A stretch of DNA of 64,000 bases from Candidatus Nitrospinota bacterium M3_3B_026 (GTDB lineage Bacteria > Nitrospinota_A > UBA7883 > JBPRGF01): the NCBI GenBank assembly GCA_051418015.1, contig JBPRGF010000023.1, positions 172,127 through 236,126 on the forward strand, written 5' to 3'. A program made the position numbers and the translations under genes. Below, piece after piece: positions 47,189 to 56,768 of the stretch (position 1 is its first letter; each line of letters opens with the position of its first letter). The notes under the pieces are model-generated. The model was not told the origin of the DNA and did not search any database. It saw nothing but the letters and a program-made list of their open reading frames with translations.

Positions 47189-48338
47189 CGCTGTTATCCC
47201 GGCCGTTCTCGCGCTCGCGGCAGCAGCGGCGACAGCGGGCGAGTGGGGCACGGGGGCGCTCATGGTGGTCATCGAGCGCGAAAGCGGCTCCGTCCTGGTC
47301 ATAGACTCCGCCCAGGACCACAAAGTCCTGGGCAGGATAGAGGGTCTCGGCGTACTGCATCACGCATCGGTCTCCTTCTCCCGCGGCGGGCGCTACGGCT
47401 ACGTCGTCAGCCGCGACGGCTTTTTGAGCAAGATCGACCTTCTGAGGCTCGAAGTCACCGCCAGGGTGAAGGTGGGAGAGAGCGCCATCGGGCTGGCTGT
47501 CACGCAGGACGGGAAACATATCGCCATCAGCAATTACAAGCCGGGGAACATCGTCATCGTCTCCGATGAGACTTTTGAGATCGTAAAGACCATAGACGCC
47601 GACGAGTCGAAGACCGTCGGCCTCGTGGACGCCCCGGAGAACAGGCTGGTGGTCTCTTTAATGGACGCGAACGAGATATGGGTAATAGACGCGAACGATC
47701 CGGATTTCCCCGTCATCAAAAAGTTCAAGGACGTCGGCGAGAAGCCATACGACGGCCTGCTGACTCCCGACGGGCGGTATTACATCGCCGGGCTTTTCCA
47801 TTCCCCGTGGGCGGCGATGGTGGACCTCTGGAGCATGGACGGGGTTGAAAAAATCCCGCTGCCCGTCCCGCCCGAAAAAAAGGACAAACCGCCGGTCCTG
47901 AAGATCCCCCACCTGGAGGGGTGGATCATGGCCGGGCAGGGCCTTTTCGCGCCGGTGATAGGCGGCTCCGGGCTGGCGCTGATCGACATGGAGACATGGA
48001 AGGTAAAGAAGGTGATAGACCTGCTGGCATACCCCGTCTTCGCCATGGCCCAGCCGGACATGAGGAGGATATGGACCAACTACGTCCTGGGCGAACACCA
48101 CGACACCGTGCAGGTCGTGGACGTGAAAACCCTCGAGGTGGTCAAAACCCTCAAACCCGGCGACAAAATTTTCCACATGCAGTTCACGCCCAAGGGCGGC
48201 GCCGTCTACCTCTCCTCCAACGGCGACGACAAGGTCCTGATCTACGACACGAAGACTTTTGGGCTTGTCAGGGAGATATCAGCCAGAAAACCATCCGGGA
48301 TATTCTCAAGCGCCCGCTCCGCCACCTTCGGGCTGTGA
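47166..48338 (+). CDS. nirF: haem d1 biosynthesis protein NirF (d1-type propeller without haem c)
   Basis: 390 aa. Signal peptide. cd1-propeller-like repeats. No CxxCH. Confidence 0.7.
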   Translation: MSLRRLYSAVIPAVLALAAAAATAGEWGTGALMVVIERESGSVLVIDSAQDHKVLGRIEGLGVLHHASVSFSRGGRYGYVVSRDGFLSKIDLLRLEVTARVKVGESAIGLAVTQDGKHIAISNYKPGNIVIVSDETFEIVKTIDADESKTVGLVDAPENRLVVSLMDANEIWVIDANDPDFPVIKKFKDVGEKPYDGLLTPDGRYYIAGLFHSPWAAMVDLWSMDGVEKIPLPVPPEKKDKPPVLKIPHLEGWIMAGQGLFAPVIGGSGLALIDMETWKVKKVIDLLAYPVFAMAQPDMRRIWTNYVLGEHHDTVQVVDVKTLEVVKTLKPGDKIFHMQFTPKGGAVYLSSNGDDKVLIYDTKTFGLVREISARKPSGIFSSARSATFGL

Positions 48339-48488
48339 TCCCTCCGAAACGCGCCGGCCGGGGAGCGGAGTGACAAAAAACATGGCGGACTGGTCTCGGT
48401 AATGTAGAATATCTCGCATGTTTTTTCGGCTGTAACCCAGGGCGGGCCGCAGCGGCGCCTCCCGCATCATCCAGCGGCAGCATACGCA

Positions 48489-49592
48489 ATGAGCACGATC
48501 CTTATCGTGGACGACAACGAGGACAGCATTGTCCTTTACGAGTCCATCATCTCGTCGCGCGGCTACAGGGTCATCACCGCCGGCGACGGCGAGGAAGCCC
48601 TGGAGAAGCTTAAAGCCGCCGAAGGGGGCGTGGACCTCGTCCTCTCCGACATCATGATGCCGAAAATAGACGGGCTGGGCCTTGCCAGGAGGATAAAGAG
48701 CGACCCCGACGCGCGCCACATCCCGGTGATCCTGCTCACCGCCGGGAAACGTGAGCGCGAGGACATGGCGGGCGGACTGGACGTCGGCGCGGACGACTAT
48801 CTCGTAAAGCCCGTGGACACCGTGGAGCTGATGGCGAGGCTGCGCTCACACCTGAGGGTGAAAAAGCTCCAGGACGAGCTGACGCTGGCGAACCGCCGCC
48901 TGGCGGAGATGAACGACAACCTGGAGCAGTTGGTCGAGGAGCGGACGGTCGAGATCATGCTGACCAGGAACGCGGCCATATTCGGCCTCGCCAAGATCGC
49001 CGAGCGCCGCGACCCGGAGACCGGCGGGCATCTTGAGAGGATACGCGAATACACCAGGGCGCTGGCCATCCAGATGCGGAAGGCGCCGCGTTTCAGGGAC
49101 GTGATCGACGACGACTTCATCGTCAATATCTACCAGTCCAGCCCCCTGCACGACGTGGGCAAGGTGGGCATCCCGGACAGCATATTGCTCAAGCCCGGCA
49201 AGCTGACGCCCGAGGAGTTCGAGATCATGAAAACCCATTCAACGATCGGCGGGGACTCCCTCGCGGCGGCGGAGCGCTCCTTCGCGGGTGACAGCTTTCT
49301 TTCCATGGGAAGAGACATCGCCTACTACCACCATGAACGGTGGAACGGGAAGGGATACCCGAAAGGTTTGGAGGGGGATGAAATCCCTCTCGCCGCCCGG
49401 ATAATGGCCCTGGCCGACGTCTACGACGCCCTGGTCAGCAAACGGGTCTACAAGGAGGCCATGTCCCACGAAGAGGCCAGGAAAATCATCCTGGGCGAAG
49501 AGGGGGAGCATTTCGACCCGGACATCGTGGCGGCTTTCCGGGAGATAGACCAGTTGTTCCTGGAGACAAGAAGAAAACACTCGGACGAGTGA
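48489..49592 (+). CDS. response regulator with HD-GYP phosphodiesterase domain (RpfG-like)
   Basis: REC domain (VDDNED...DLVLSDIMMP...DYLVKP). HD motif HDVGKVGIP. GYP motif WNGKGYPKGL. Confidence 0.85.
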   Translation: MSTILIVDDNEDSIVLYESIISSRGYRVITAGDGEEALEKLKAAEGGVDLVLSDIMMPKIDGLGLARRIKSDPDARHIPVILLTAGKREREDMAGGLDVGADDYLVKPVDTVELMARLRSHLRVKKLQDELTLANRRLAEMNDNLEQLVEERTVEIMLTRNAAIFGLAKIAERRDPETGGHLERIREYTRALAIQMRKAPRFRDVIDDDFIVNIYQSSPLHDVGKVGIPDSILLKPGKLTPEEFEIMKTHSTIGGDSLAAAERSFAGDSFLSMGRDIAYYHHERWNGKGYPKGLEGDEIPLAARIMALADVYDALVSKRVYKEAMSHEEARKIILGEEGEHFDPDIVAAFREIDQLFLETRRKHSDE

Positions 49593-49646
49593 ACGGAGGG
49601 TAAAAAGAAGACCTTTGCCTAACCTGGATGCTCCGGTGTTTTGAAG

Positions 49647-49739
49647 TCCTGAGCCGCAAGGCGAAGGATCTTGCCTTTGCCGTCCCATGATGAAATCAAG
49701 GTCCTTCACGTCACGGCGAAGACTCCGCTCGTTCAGGAC
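49647..49739. repeat. short inverted-repeat intergenic element (GTCCTGA...TCAGGAC)
   Basis: GTCCTGAGCCGCAAGGCGAAGG...CAAGGTCCTTCACGTCACGGCGAAG...CGTTCAGGAC. Lies between the convergent HD-GYP and CheY genes. Spurious + strand ORFs are called over it. Confidence 0.6.
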
Positions 49740-49787
49740 GGCGGCAACGGGCGGCAAGGCCGGTTGCGAAGGTATCGGAAAAGGCCC

Positions 49788-50174
49788 TCAAGCCCCCTGT
49801 CCCGGCTCCGGGGTCAGGACCTCCGCCACCGCCTCCAGCATCTCCTGCTGGTTGATCGGCTTCCTGAACACCTTTGCCGCTCCCAGGATGCTGGCCATCC
49901 TGAGCATGTCGGACATGTCATCCTTCGAGCCGCCGGAAATGACGATTATTTTGACGCCGGGGAAATCCTTCCGCAGCTTCTCCAGGACCTCTATCCCGCT
50001 CCTGCCGGGCATCATGACGTCGGTGACGATAAGGTCGGGCTTGTTCTCCTTGAAAAGACGCATCCCCTCCCCGCCGTCGGCGGCCTCCACCACGTTGTGC
50101 CCCCTCGGCTCAAGAAGATAGCGCAACGTCATGCGCATCAACTCGTCGTCGTCTATTACCAGTATGTCAGCCAT
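49788..50174 (-). CDS. single-domain CheY-like response regulator
   Basis: The true start is MADILVIDDDELM at 50174. DLIVTDVMMP and a conserved K are present. The ORF call to 50255 is a spurious extension. Confidence 0.75.
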   Translation of the reverse strand: MADILVIDDDELMRMTLRYLLEPRGHNVVEAADGGEGMRLFKENKPDLIVTDVMMPGRSGIEVLEKLRKDFPGVKIIVISGGSKDDMSDMLRMASILGAAKVFRKPINQQEMLEAVAEVLTPEPGQGA

Positions 50175-50451
50175 TACAGACCCCTGACAGATCAGGCGGA
50201 CGCGCGAAAAAACCTGGCCGCCCCCACTCGTTGAAAGCCTCAGCTTCGGCCGCAAGTTTACACAGATTCTACACCATGCCCGGTGTTTTTGACATTATAA
50301 CTTATCCATACAGCTTTCGAGCAGAAAAAACAAAGACTCCTCCCGCAGAACCCCGCGAGAGGTAAAATGATTTTTTACTATCCCCGGCGCCTCCGCGCGA
50401 TTGAGCGCGCTATTGATGAAATCTTTATAACCTGTTATTATTAATGGAATT

Positions 50452-51336
50452 ATGAAAAGCTTTGACCTGCGCCCGGCGAGATTCCTCCTGCTCTTCGCGG
50501 CGTTCGTTCTCGCCGCCTGCGGCGCCGAGCCCGGCGGGACGGCGCCAGACAGCGCGTCGGATGGCGCGGAAAACAGGCGCGCTTTCGGCCGCGGCGCCCC
50601 GGATAACACCCTCGCCCGGGAGCGGGAATTAAGGGAAAACCCGGCCTGCGGCAGGGCTGGCGAAGAGTTCGTCTTGCCGATCCTGTACATAGTGGACAGG
50701 TTCAACGAGTTCGTCTCCAAAACCGGCGGGGAAAAGGGGATGGCGCTCCTGCCCGCCGGACATCCGGACTCCCCCGATGGCGTCTCCGTCCTTGTCTGCC
50801 GCGATGAGGGAGTCGCCGCCTACGCTTACGGCAGGACGGTGGTTCTCGGCGGAGGTCTTCTGGCCGTCCTGAGGGACGCGGCCCGAAGCGCCGTGGTCTA
50901 CAACGGCGACGATGCGGCGATCAGGGCGAGGCTCGACCACATCGCCGCCAGGGCGAGGATGGGCGATTTCTCCGGCATTGCGTTCCCGGAGACGCGGGAG
51001 CGGACGCAAGACGACGACGGCGCGCGCGAGGCCGAGGAGCTTTTCACCTCCGCCACGGCGTTCGTGCTGTTCCACGAGCTCGCCCACACCCAGGCCGGCC
51101 AGGAGGCGGCAAAGATGGATTACCCAGACCCTTACGCCGAGCTCAAGGCGGATATCTTCGCCGCCGAGGTCATGCGCCCGACCGGCTTCAGCATGGAGGG
51201 AGTGGACCTCGTTTTCGAGGTGCTGGAGAGGCTGGCCCCCGGCGAGTCCATAGGGCACCTGCCGCCATGGGAGAGGGCCAGGGCGGTTAAAGAGGCCGAA
51301 GGGGATTACGGCCCCCTCGCCTTCGCCCGGGAATAG
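50452..51336 (+). CDS. lipoprotein with HExxH zinc-metallopeptidase-like motif
   Basis: Lipobox LAAC. FVLFHELAHTQ motif. 294 aa. Confidence 0.45.
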   Translation: MKSFDLRPARFLLLFAAFVLAACGAEPGGTAPDSASDGAENRRAFGRGAPDNTLARERELRENPACGRAGEEFVLPILYIVDRFNEFVSKTGGEKGMALLPAGHPDSPDGVSVLVCRDEGVAAYAYGRTVVLGGGLLAVLRDAARSAVVYNGDDAAIRARLDHIAARARMGDFSGIAFPETRERTQDDDGAREAEELFTSATAFVLFHELAHTQAGQEAAKMDYPDPYAELKADIFAAEVMRPTGFSMEGVDLVFEVLERLAPGESIGHLPPWERARAVKEAEGDYGPLAFARE

Positions 51337-51355
51337 CCGCCGCCCCAGGCTTTCC

Positions 51356-53596
51356 CTACTTGGCGAGGTCGTACACCCCCTCCCAGTCATCCGTCGGCAG
51401 CTCCCGCATGAGCCGCGATATCCTCTCCAGGTAAAGCGACACAGCCTTGTCCTCGCCGCCCGCCGCGGCGTCGAGGTTTTTGAATATCTCTAAGGCGCGG
51501 GAGAGGGCGCGTCCCTGGAACGCCTTCACCGCCTCCTGGAACTCGTGGGCGAAGCGCCGCTGCTCCTCCGTCGCGGCGTCTTTCTCCTCGATGACCTCGT
51601 AAACCCTGATAGGCTCCTTCTTCCCGGCCACCCGCACCCTGTCCAATTCCCTGAGCAGGAACCTGTCGGCCACCTCGGCGCGGGTGAACTCCGATATCAT
51701 TATCTTCGACCCGTAATACTTGTTCGCTCCCTCCAGGCGGGAGGCCAGGTTCACGGCGTCGCCCATCATGGTGTAGTCCATCCTGTCCTTGGACCCCATG
51801 TTGCCCACCACCATCGGGCCGGTGTTGATCCCCATCCTGACGTTTATGTCGGCCTTCGCCCCGCGCCGCCACCTTTCCCTGTCCGCGGCTATCCTTCGCT
51901 GCATCATCACCGCCGCGAGAACGCAAAGCTCGGCGTGATTCTTCACGTCGAGGGGCGCGCCCCAGAAGGCGATGATCGCGTCGCCCTCGTACTTGTCCAC
52001 TGTCCCGTCGAGCTCCAGGATTATGTCCGTCATGGCGGAGAGGTAGTCGTTCAACAGCGCCACCAGCTCGTTCGGCTGGAGTTTCTCGCTTATGCTGGTG
52101 AACCCGGCTATGTCCGAAAAAAAGGCGGTCATCTCCCTCTTCTCCCCGCCGAGTTTCAGCAGACCGGGGTCTTCTATAATCTTCGCGATCACCTTGGGGG
52201 AAAGGTAATGCCCGAACGCCTCCTGGATGAACTTCTTGGACTTGCGCTCGGCGACGAACTGGTAAACCGTGATCGTCAGGTAGCCGAGCCCGATCGTCCC
52301 GGAGGGGATAACGCTGTTGAACCAGACCAGCTTCTCCCTGAACATCCAGTAGTTGAACCACCCCAGCGCCCCGAACAGAAGCAGGGCAAATACAAGCCCT
52401 ATGTATATGTTGACCCTTGGGATGACCAGCAGCAGGACCAGCCCGATGACAACCGCCAGGGCCGCGTCGTAGGCGCTCTGGTATCCGAACTTGGTGACGG
52501 ACAGGTTATTGAGCGCGGCGGCCATGGCGTTCGCCTGGACCTCGACGCCGTTCGTCTGGCCGTAGGGGGTCGTCCGCACATCCTTGATCTCCGTAGCCGT
52601 GGCCCCCACCAGCGCCAGCCGCCCGGCCAGCATCCCGCGCAGCCTCTCGTCGTCCGGCGGCGCTTCCATGAGCGTCTTGACGGAGACGCTGTTGAAAATC
52701 CCCTCCGGCCCGAGAAAGCGCAGGAGAACCATCCCGTGCTCGTCCGTGTCCACGAAATGGCTTCCCAGTCCCACACCGTGAAAGACGCCGTGCTTGAAAT
52801 AGACGTAGGTGTCGTTCAACACCCCGCCGTAGAGCGCCACCGAAGCAAGAGCCAGCGAGGGATAGAAGTCTCCCTTGTGCTCCATGACCATGGGATATGA
52901 GCGGAAAACCCCGTCCGGGCCCGACGCGACGTTCAAAAACCCCGACGCCGCGGAGACCTTCTGTATGACCGGGATGTTGGGCGCCACGCTGGTCATCCCG
53001 GCGTCTATCGACACCTCGCGGCTGTCCTTGGTCCTTCGAACGAGCTTGATCCTGAAGGGCCTTATCTGTTTTCGCTTCTCCTCCCGCGCTTCGGCGGTGA
53101 ACTCGTCGCCCTTGTGGAACAAAAAGCCCGTGACGACGTTCCCCGCCTTCCTGAGCGACCCGGCCAGCGCGTCGTCTCTGGACACCTCCCCGCGCAAAGC
53201 CAGAAGCTCGCTGTAGAACCCAGGATGCGCCCTGTCCACCCCCTCTTCCTTCGCCGCTTCGCCGATCCTCTCCACGACCTCCCCGGTCAGCTTGTTAGCC
53301 TCGGTCGTGAAAGTCATGTCCAGAGCCGTCACCACGGCGCCGTATCCGGCCAGCTTCTCCACTATCTCGCCGATGAAGCTCCTGGGCCATGGCCACCTGC
53401 CGAAGGCGTCCAGAGAGCTTTCGTCCACGCCGACTATCACTATCCTGGGGTCCGGCTCGTTGGGGGCGGTCTGCTTGATAAGAAGATCGTATATCTTCAG
53501 CTCGAACTCCTCGATGAAACCCGGCGGACGAAAGGCGAGGAGAGCCAGCACGGCCAGCAGCGGAAGGTATATCCTGCCAAGGGAGATCATCGCCAA
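51356..53596 (-). CDS. CHASE2 sensor domain - class III adenylate/guanylate cyclase
   Basis: 746 aa. N-terminal TM plus a periplasmic CHASE2 domain and TM bundle. C-terminal cyclase homology domain (FFSDIAGFTSISEKL ... GDAIIAFWGAP ... GINTGPMVVGNMG). Confidence 0.85.
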   Translation of the reverse strand: MAMISLGRIYLPLLAVLALLAFRPPGFIEEFELKIYDLLIKQTAPNEPDPRIVIVGVDESSLDAFGRWPWPRSFIGEIVEKLAGYGAVVTALDMTFTTEANKLTGEVVERIGEAAKEEGVDRAHPGFYSELLALRGEVSRDDALAGSLRKAGNVVTGFLFHKGDEFTAEAREEKRKQIRPFRIKLVRRTKDSREVSIDAGMTSVAPNIPVIQKVSAASGFLNVASGPDGVFRSYPMVMEHKGDFYPSLALASVALYGGVLNDTYVYFKHGVFHGVGLGSHFVDTDEHGMVLLRFLGPEGIFNSVSVKTLMEAPPDDERLRGMLAGRLALVGATATEIKDVRTTPYGQTNGVEVQANAMAAALNNLSVTKFGYQSAYDAALAVVIGLVLLLVIPRVNIYIGLVFALLLFGALGWFNYWMFREKLVWFNSVIPSGTIGLGYLTITVYQFVAERKSKKFIQEAFGHYLSPKVIAKIIEDPGLLKLGGEKREMTAFFSDIAGFTSISEKLQPNELVALLNDYLSAMTDIILELDGTVDKYEGDAIIAFWGAPLDVKNHAELCVLAAVMMQRRIAADRERWRRGAKADINVRMGINTGPMVVGNMGSKDRMDYTMMGDAVNLASRLEGANKYYGSKIMISEFTRAEVADRFLLRELDRVRVAGKKEPIRVYEVIEEKDAATEEQRRFAHEFQEAVKAFQGRALSRALEIFKNLDAAAGGEDKAVSLYLERISRLMRELPTDDWEGVYDLAK

Positions 53597-53641
53597 CCTC
53601 TAAAAAAACCGCCGCCGGGCGGCGCGCCCCGGCGGCCGCCG

Positions 53642-54811
53642 TCAGAAACTGTACACCAGCCCGGCGTCCACGTTAAAGACGTCGTAGGCGGCGTCCTCGG
53701 ACGACGCGGCGTCCTTTTTGTCCAGAACGCGGGAATAGCGCGCCCGCAGCGTCGCGTAGACGCTGGAGCTGAAGCTCCAGGTCATCCCCGGCTCGATGTA
53801 CGCCTTGCTCCGGCCGGCGTCGTAGTAATCGTCCTCCTCGTGATAGCCGTTCGCGCCCACCTCCTTGTAGCCGAGAAGGCCCGTTGCGGAAAGCCTGCCG
53901 GAGAATTTGTACGAGCCGCTGACATATGCCTCCAGGGAGTTGTTGTTGGAGTTGGCCCGCTCGCTCTCCAGGGTGTCGCCGTCGCCTATGACCTCGTTTT
54001 TCCGCTGTGTGGAATACGTGACCCCCGCCACGCTGGTGAAAGACCCGCCCCACTTGCGAATGTAGCGGGCGGTGGCGATGATGACATCCCCCTGCCGGAA
54101 AACGCCGCGCCCGCTCTGCTTGTCCTCTCCGTACCGGCTGTAGGCAAGTGAGAAAAGGGCGTAGTCCTCCCCCACGGTCCGCGCCACCGTGTTCAGGACG
54201 AGAAGAAGCCTGTCCCCTGGGTCGAACTCGTCGCCCGCGGTCTCGGTGGCGGGGTCGTATTCCCCCGTGAACTCGTACCGCGCTCCCAGCCCCGCGGCGC
54301 CCCATTTGAACCTGTATACCGCCATCAGGTGCGGCGCGACGTTGAGCCCGGCGCCGTAGGTGTTTATCAGCATCAGGTCCTGGCTCAGGTCGTCCACCAT
54401 CACTTTCTTGAGCTCGTCCTCCGAGTACGAGCTTTTCCCGGTGGGCGCGCCCACGTCCACCCCGCCGCGAAGGGTGAGCCCGCCTCTTTTGATGGAGTAG
54501 TACGTGGATATGTCCGTGTCCGCCAGCGTCGTGACATCGAACCTGTCCTCGGCGTGGGAGGCTTTGTACGAGGTGCTCACGAAAACGCCGTTTATCGCCG
54601 CGCCCCAGCTTTTCCCCTCGTAGGAGACTTGCGCGAAGCTCAAAGCCTGCGTCCCGTCGCTGTCGAGGTCGCCGGTCCTCCATGAGCCGTAATTCAGGGA
54701 AAGCGAGACAAGCCACGGCCGCTTTTCGTCTTCGCCGTGGGCGACGCCGGCCGTCCCCGCGAGAAGGGCCGCCAACAGCGCGAAACCGGACAACCACGGG
54801 CGGCGTTTCAT
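53642..54811 (-). CDS. outer-membrane beta-barrel protein
   Basis: Signal peptide and alternating amphipathic strands. C-terminal ...GLVYSF with a terminal Phe. Confidence 0.5.
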   Translation of the reverse strand: MKRRPWLSGFALLAALLAGTAGVAHGEDEKRPWLVSLSLNYGSWRTGDLDSDGTQALSFAQVSYEGKSWGAAINGVFVSTSYKASHAEDRFDVTTLADTDISTYYSIKRGGLTLRGGVDVGAPTGKSSYSEDELKKVMVDDLSQDLMLINTYGAGLNVAPHLMAVYRFKWGAAGLGARYEFTGEYDPATETAGDEFDPGDRLLLVLNTVARTVGEDYALFSLAYSRYGEDKQSGRGVFRQGDVIIATARYIRKWGGSFTSVAGVTYSTQRKNEVIGDGDTLESERANSNNNSLEAYVSGSYKFSGRLSATGLLGYKEVGANGYHEEDDYYDAGRSKAYIEPGMTWSFSSSVYATLRARYSRVLDKKDAASSEDAAYDVFNVDAGLVYSF

Positions 54812-55890
54812 CTGAGGTCGATGATAATGTCGAAGGTTGTCTTGCTGACGGGTGGGGCGGCTTCTCCCCCGCTCTTCGTCTTCTGCTCCACTATCCCCTG
54901 CTCGCCGGTATTCTGGCCCTCGACCCCCTCGTCGGTTCCCACCTTGTCAGGCGCGATTTGCTTGGGGATGGAGACGCTCCTGGTCATGTTGTTTATGGCC
55001 ATGCTCTCCGCGGCGTCCTGGGGAGGGGGCGGCGGCGGAGAAGACGGCTCAGGAGGAGCGGGAGCCCCGGCCTTTTCCTGAGCTTTCTCAGGCTCTTTGC
55101 CGGGCTTTTCCTCGGGGGGCGCCTCCGGCTCTTCTTTCTTCTCCTCCTCTGGCGCCTTCGGGGCGGGCTTTGGCTTTTCGGCCGGGGGACGCTCCTTTTT
55201 CGGCGTCGTTTTAAAGGGGATCGTCCTGTTGAGATTCCTCAGGCGCGCGGGCGAGATGGGGAACGGCTTGAGAGGCGGCGCCCCGGGCGTGACGGCGGTG
55301 CGGCGTCCGGCTGTCAGGTTCACGACGGTCGCCGCCGGGTCGAACCCGCGGACATAGACCTGGCCCTTCTCCCCGGCCCTTCCGAGCAGGTCTATCGACG
55401 TCCTTTCCTTCTTGTGCTCCACGACGAAGGGGGGGGTTCCAGCGACGCCGCATATCGCCGCCTTGGTGTGGTATTCGAACTTGGAATCCGGCGTGGTCAG
55501 CTTCGTCACGGAGGCTTTCACCCTCCCCACCATCAGTCCGAACACGGAGGATGTGGCCCCCTTCTCGTCCCTGCTCAGCGATTTTATGACCATGTCCGTG
55601 TCACGGTCCACGCGCATCAGGTCGCCGGTGTCGAACTCTATCTCAATGATTCCGTCGGCGGCGGTCCTGATCCTGTCCCCCTCGCTGAACACCATTCCGA
55701 TGGACACCTCGCTCTCCCTGGAGTCGGCCGCCGATATGACCATGACCTTCCCTTCCACGTAGACGGCTTCGGCGATTATCGGCGTGGAAGACGCAAAAGT
55801 TGGTGACCCAACGGATAAAACCAGCGCGAAGACGAAGACGGAAAAAAAACCCGCGCCAAAGTTGCTGGGGATCGACCCGGGGATTCTCAT
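54808..55890 (-). CDS. FecR-domain protein with Pro/Glu/Lys-rich linker
   Basis: Likely start MRIPGS at 55890. N-terminal TM, then a FecR-like beta domain (DRIRTAADGIIEIEF...), then a PEPK-rich low-complexity tail. Overlaps the start of the downstream barrel gene. Confidence 0.6.
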   Translation of the reverse strand: MRIPGSIPSNFGAGFFSVFVFALVLSVGSPTFASSTPIIAEAVYVEGKVMVISAADSRESEVSIGMVFSEGDRIRTAADGIIEIEFDTGDLMRVDRDTDMVIKSLSRDEKGATSSVFGLMVGRVKASVTKLTTPDSKFEYHTKAAICGVAGTPPFVVEHKKERTSIDLLGRAGEKGQVYVRGFDPAATVVNLTAGRRTAVTPGAPPLKPFPISPARLRNLNRTIPFKTTPKKERPPAEKPKPAPKAPEEEKKEEPEAPPEEKPGKEPEKAQEKAGAPAPPEPSSPPPPPPQDAAESMAINNMTRSVSIPKQIAPDKVGTDEGVEGQNTGEQGIVEQKTKSGGEAAPPVSKTTFDIIIDLR

Positions 55891-56085
55891 CCGGATCAAC
55901 CGGAAAAGCTTGTTGAGTGAAACATGACGCCGCTTTCGCGCCTCCGCCGATATGAAAGCTTTGGCTTTTTGAATCAGTATTTTACAAGGGAGTCGCGATG
56001 TTGTCAACGAAAGCGCGGCTCTTTTTTCAAAGCGGCGGGCCTCCGCCTGCTTGACAATTTCCAGGCGCGAGGGGCGGTGGTATAA

Positions 56086-56766
56086 TTGAGAATGCTCAAA
56101 CTCGGGAGATTTTCAGGTTTTTCGGTACTGCTGATCCTGCTCCTTTCCGGCGCGCTTCCCGACGCCGCCCGCGCCGATATCTACAAGTGGGTTGACGACG
56201 CGGGGAAAGTACATTTCACCGACGACCCATACGAAGCTGAGCGCAAAGGCGTCAAGCCCGCCGAAACCGGCGAGGTCCGCAAGCCGGAAGATGAGGCCCC
56301 GGAGCAGGCCGAGCCAGCCGCCGAGGTCGGCGGCGCCGACGAAGAGAAAAAAGAAGAAGCCCAGCGAAAAGGCTCCGTGGAGCTGGTGGGGGATATCGAG
56401 TTCAAGCCTTCCGCGGGCGGGCGGGCCATATTGAGCGCGGCGATAAAAAACGGCTCCTCCCTGCCCGTTCGCGACATATGGCTGGACGTTTTCCTTTTCA
56501 CCCGCGAGGGGGAGCGTTTCGACTATTCCGTCAAGCTCACCAGCGGAAAGACCGCTCCGGACAGGCTCGCGCCGGGCGAGACGGGGATCATGGAACAGGA
56601 GACGGATCTTGCCCCCGAGGAGATATTCGCCCACAAGTACAGGCTCTCCTGGCGGGAGTTCGACATCGTCTCTCCTCCACCGGGCGACAAAGAGCTTCCC
56701 GAGGGGGTCATCCACAAGGTCATAAAAAAGAGCCCCGAAAAAGCGTCCGAGGGCGCGCCGCAGTAA
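56086..56766 (+). CDS. DUF4124-like secreted protein
   Basis: Signal peptide, then a DIYKWVDDAGKVHFTDDP motif. Confidence 0.55.
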   Translation: MRMLKLGRFSGFSVLLILLLSGALPDAARADIYKWVDDAGKVHFTDDPYEAERKGVKPAETGEVRKPEDEAPEQAEPAAEVGGADEEKKEEAQRKGSVELVGDIEFKPSAGGRAILSAAIKNGSSLPVRDIWLDVFLFTREGERFDYSVKLTSGKTAPDRLAPGETGIMEQETDLAPEEIFAHKYRLSWREFDIVSPPPGDKELPEGVIHKVIKKSPEKASEGAPQ

Positions 56767-56768
56767 CC

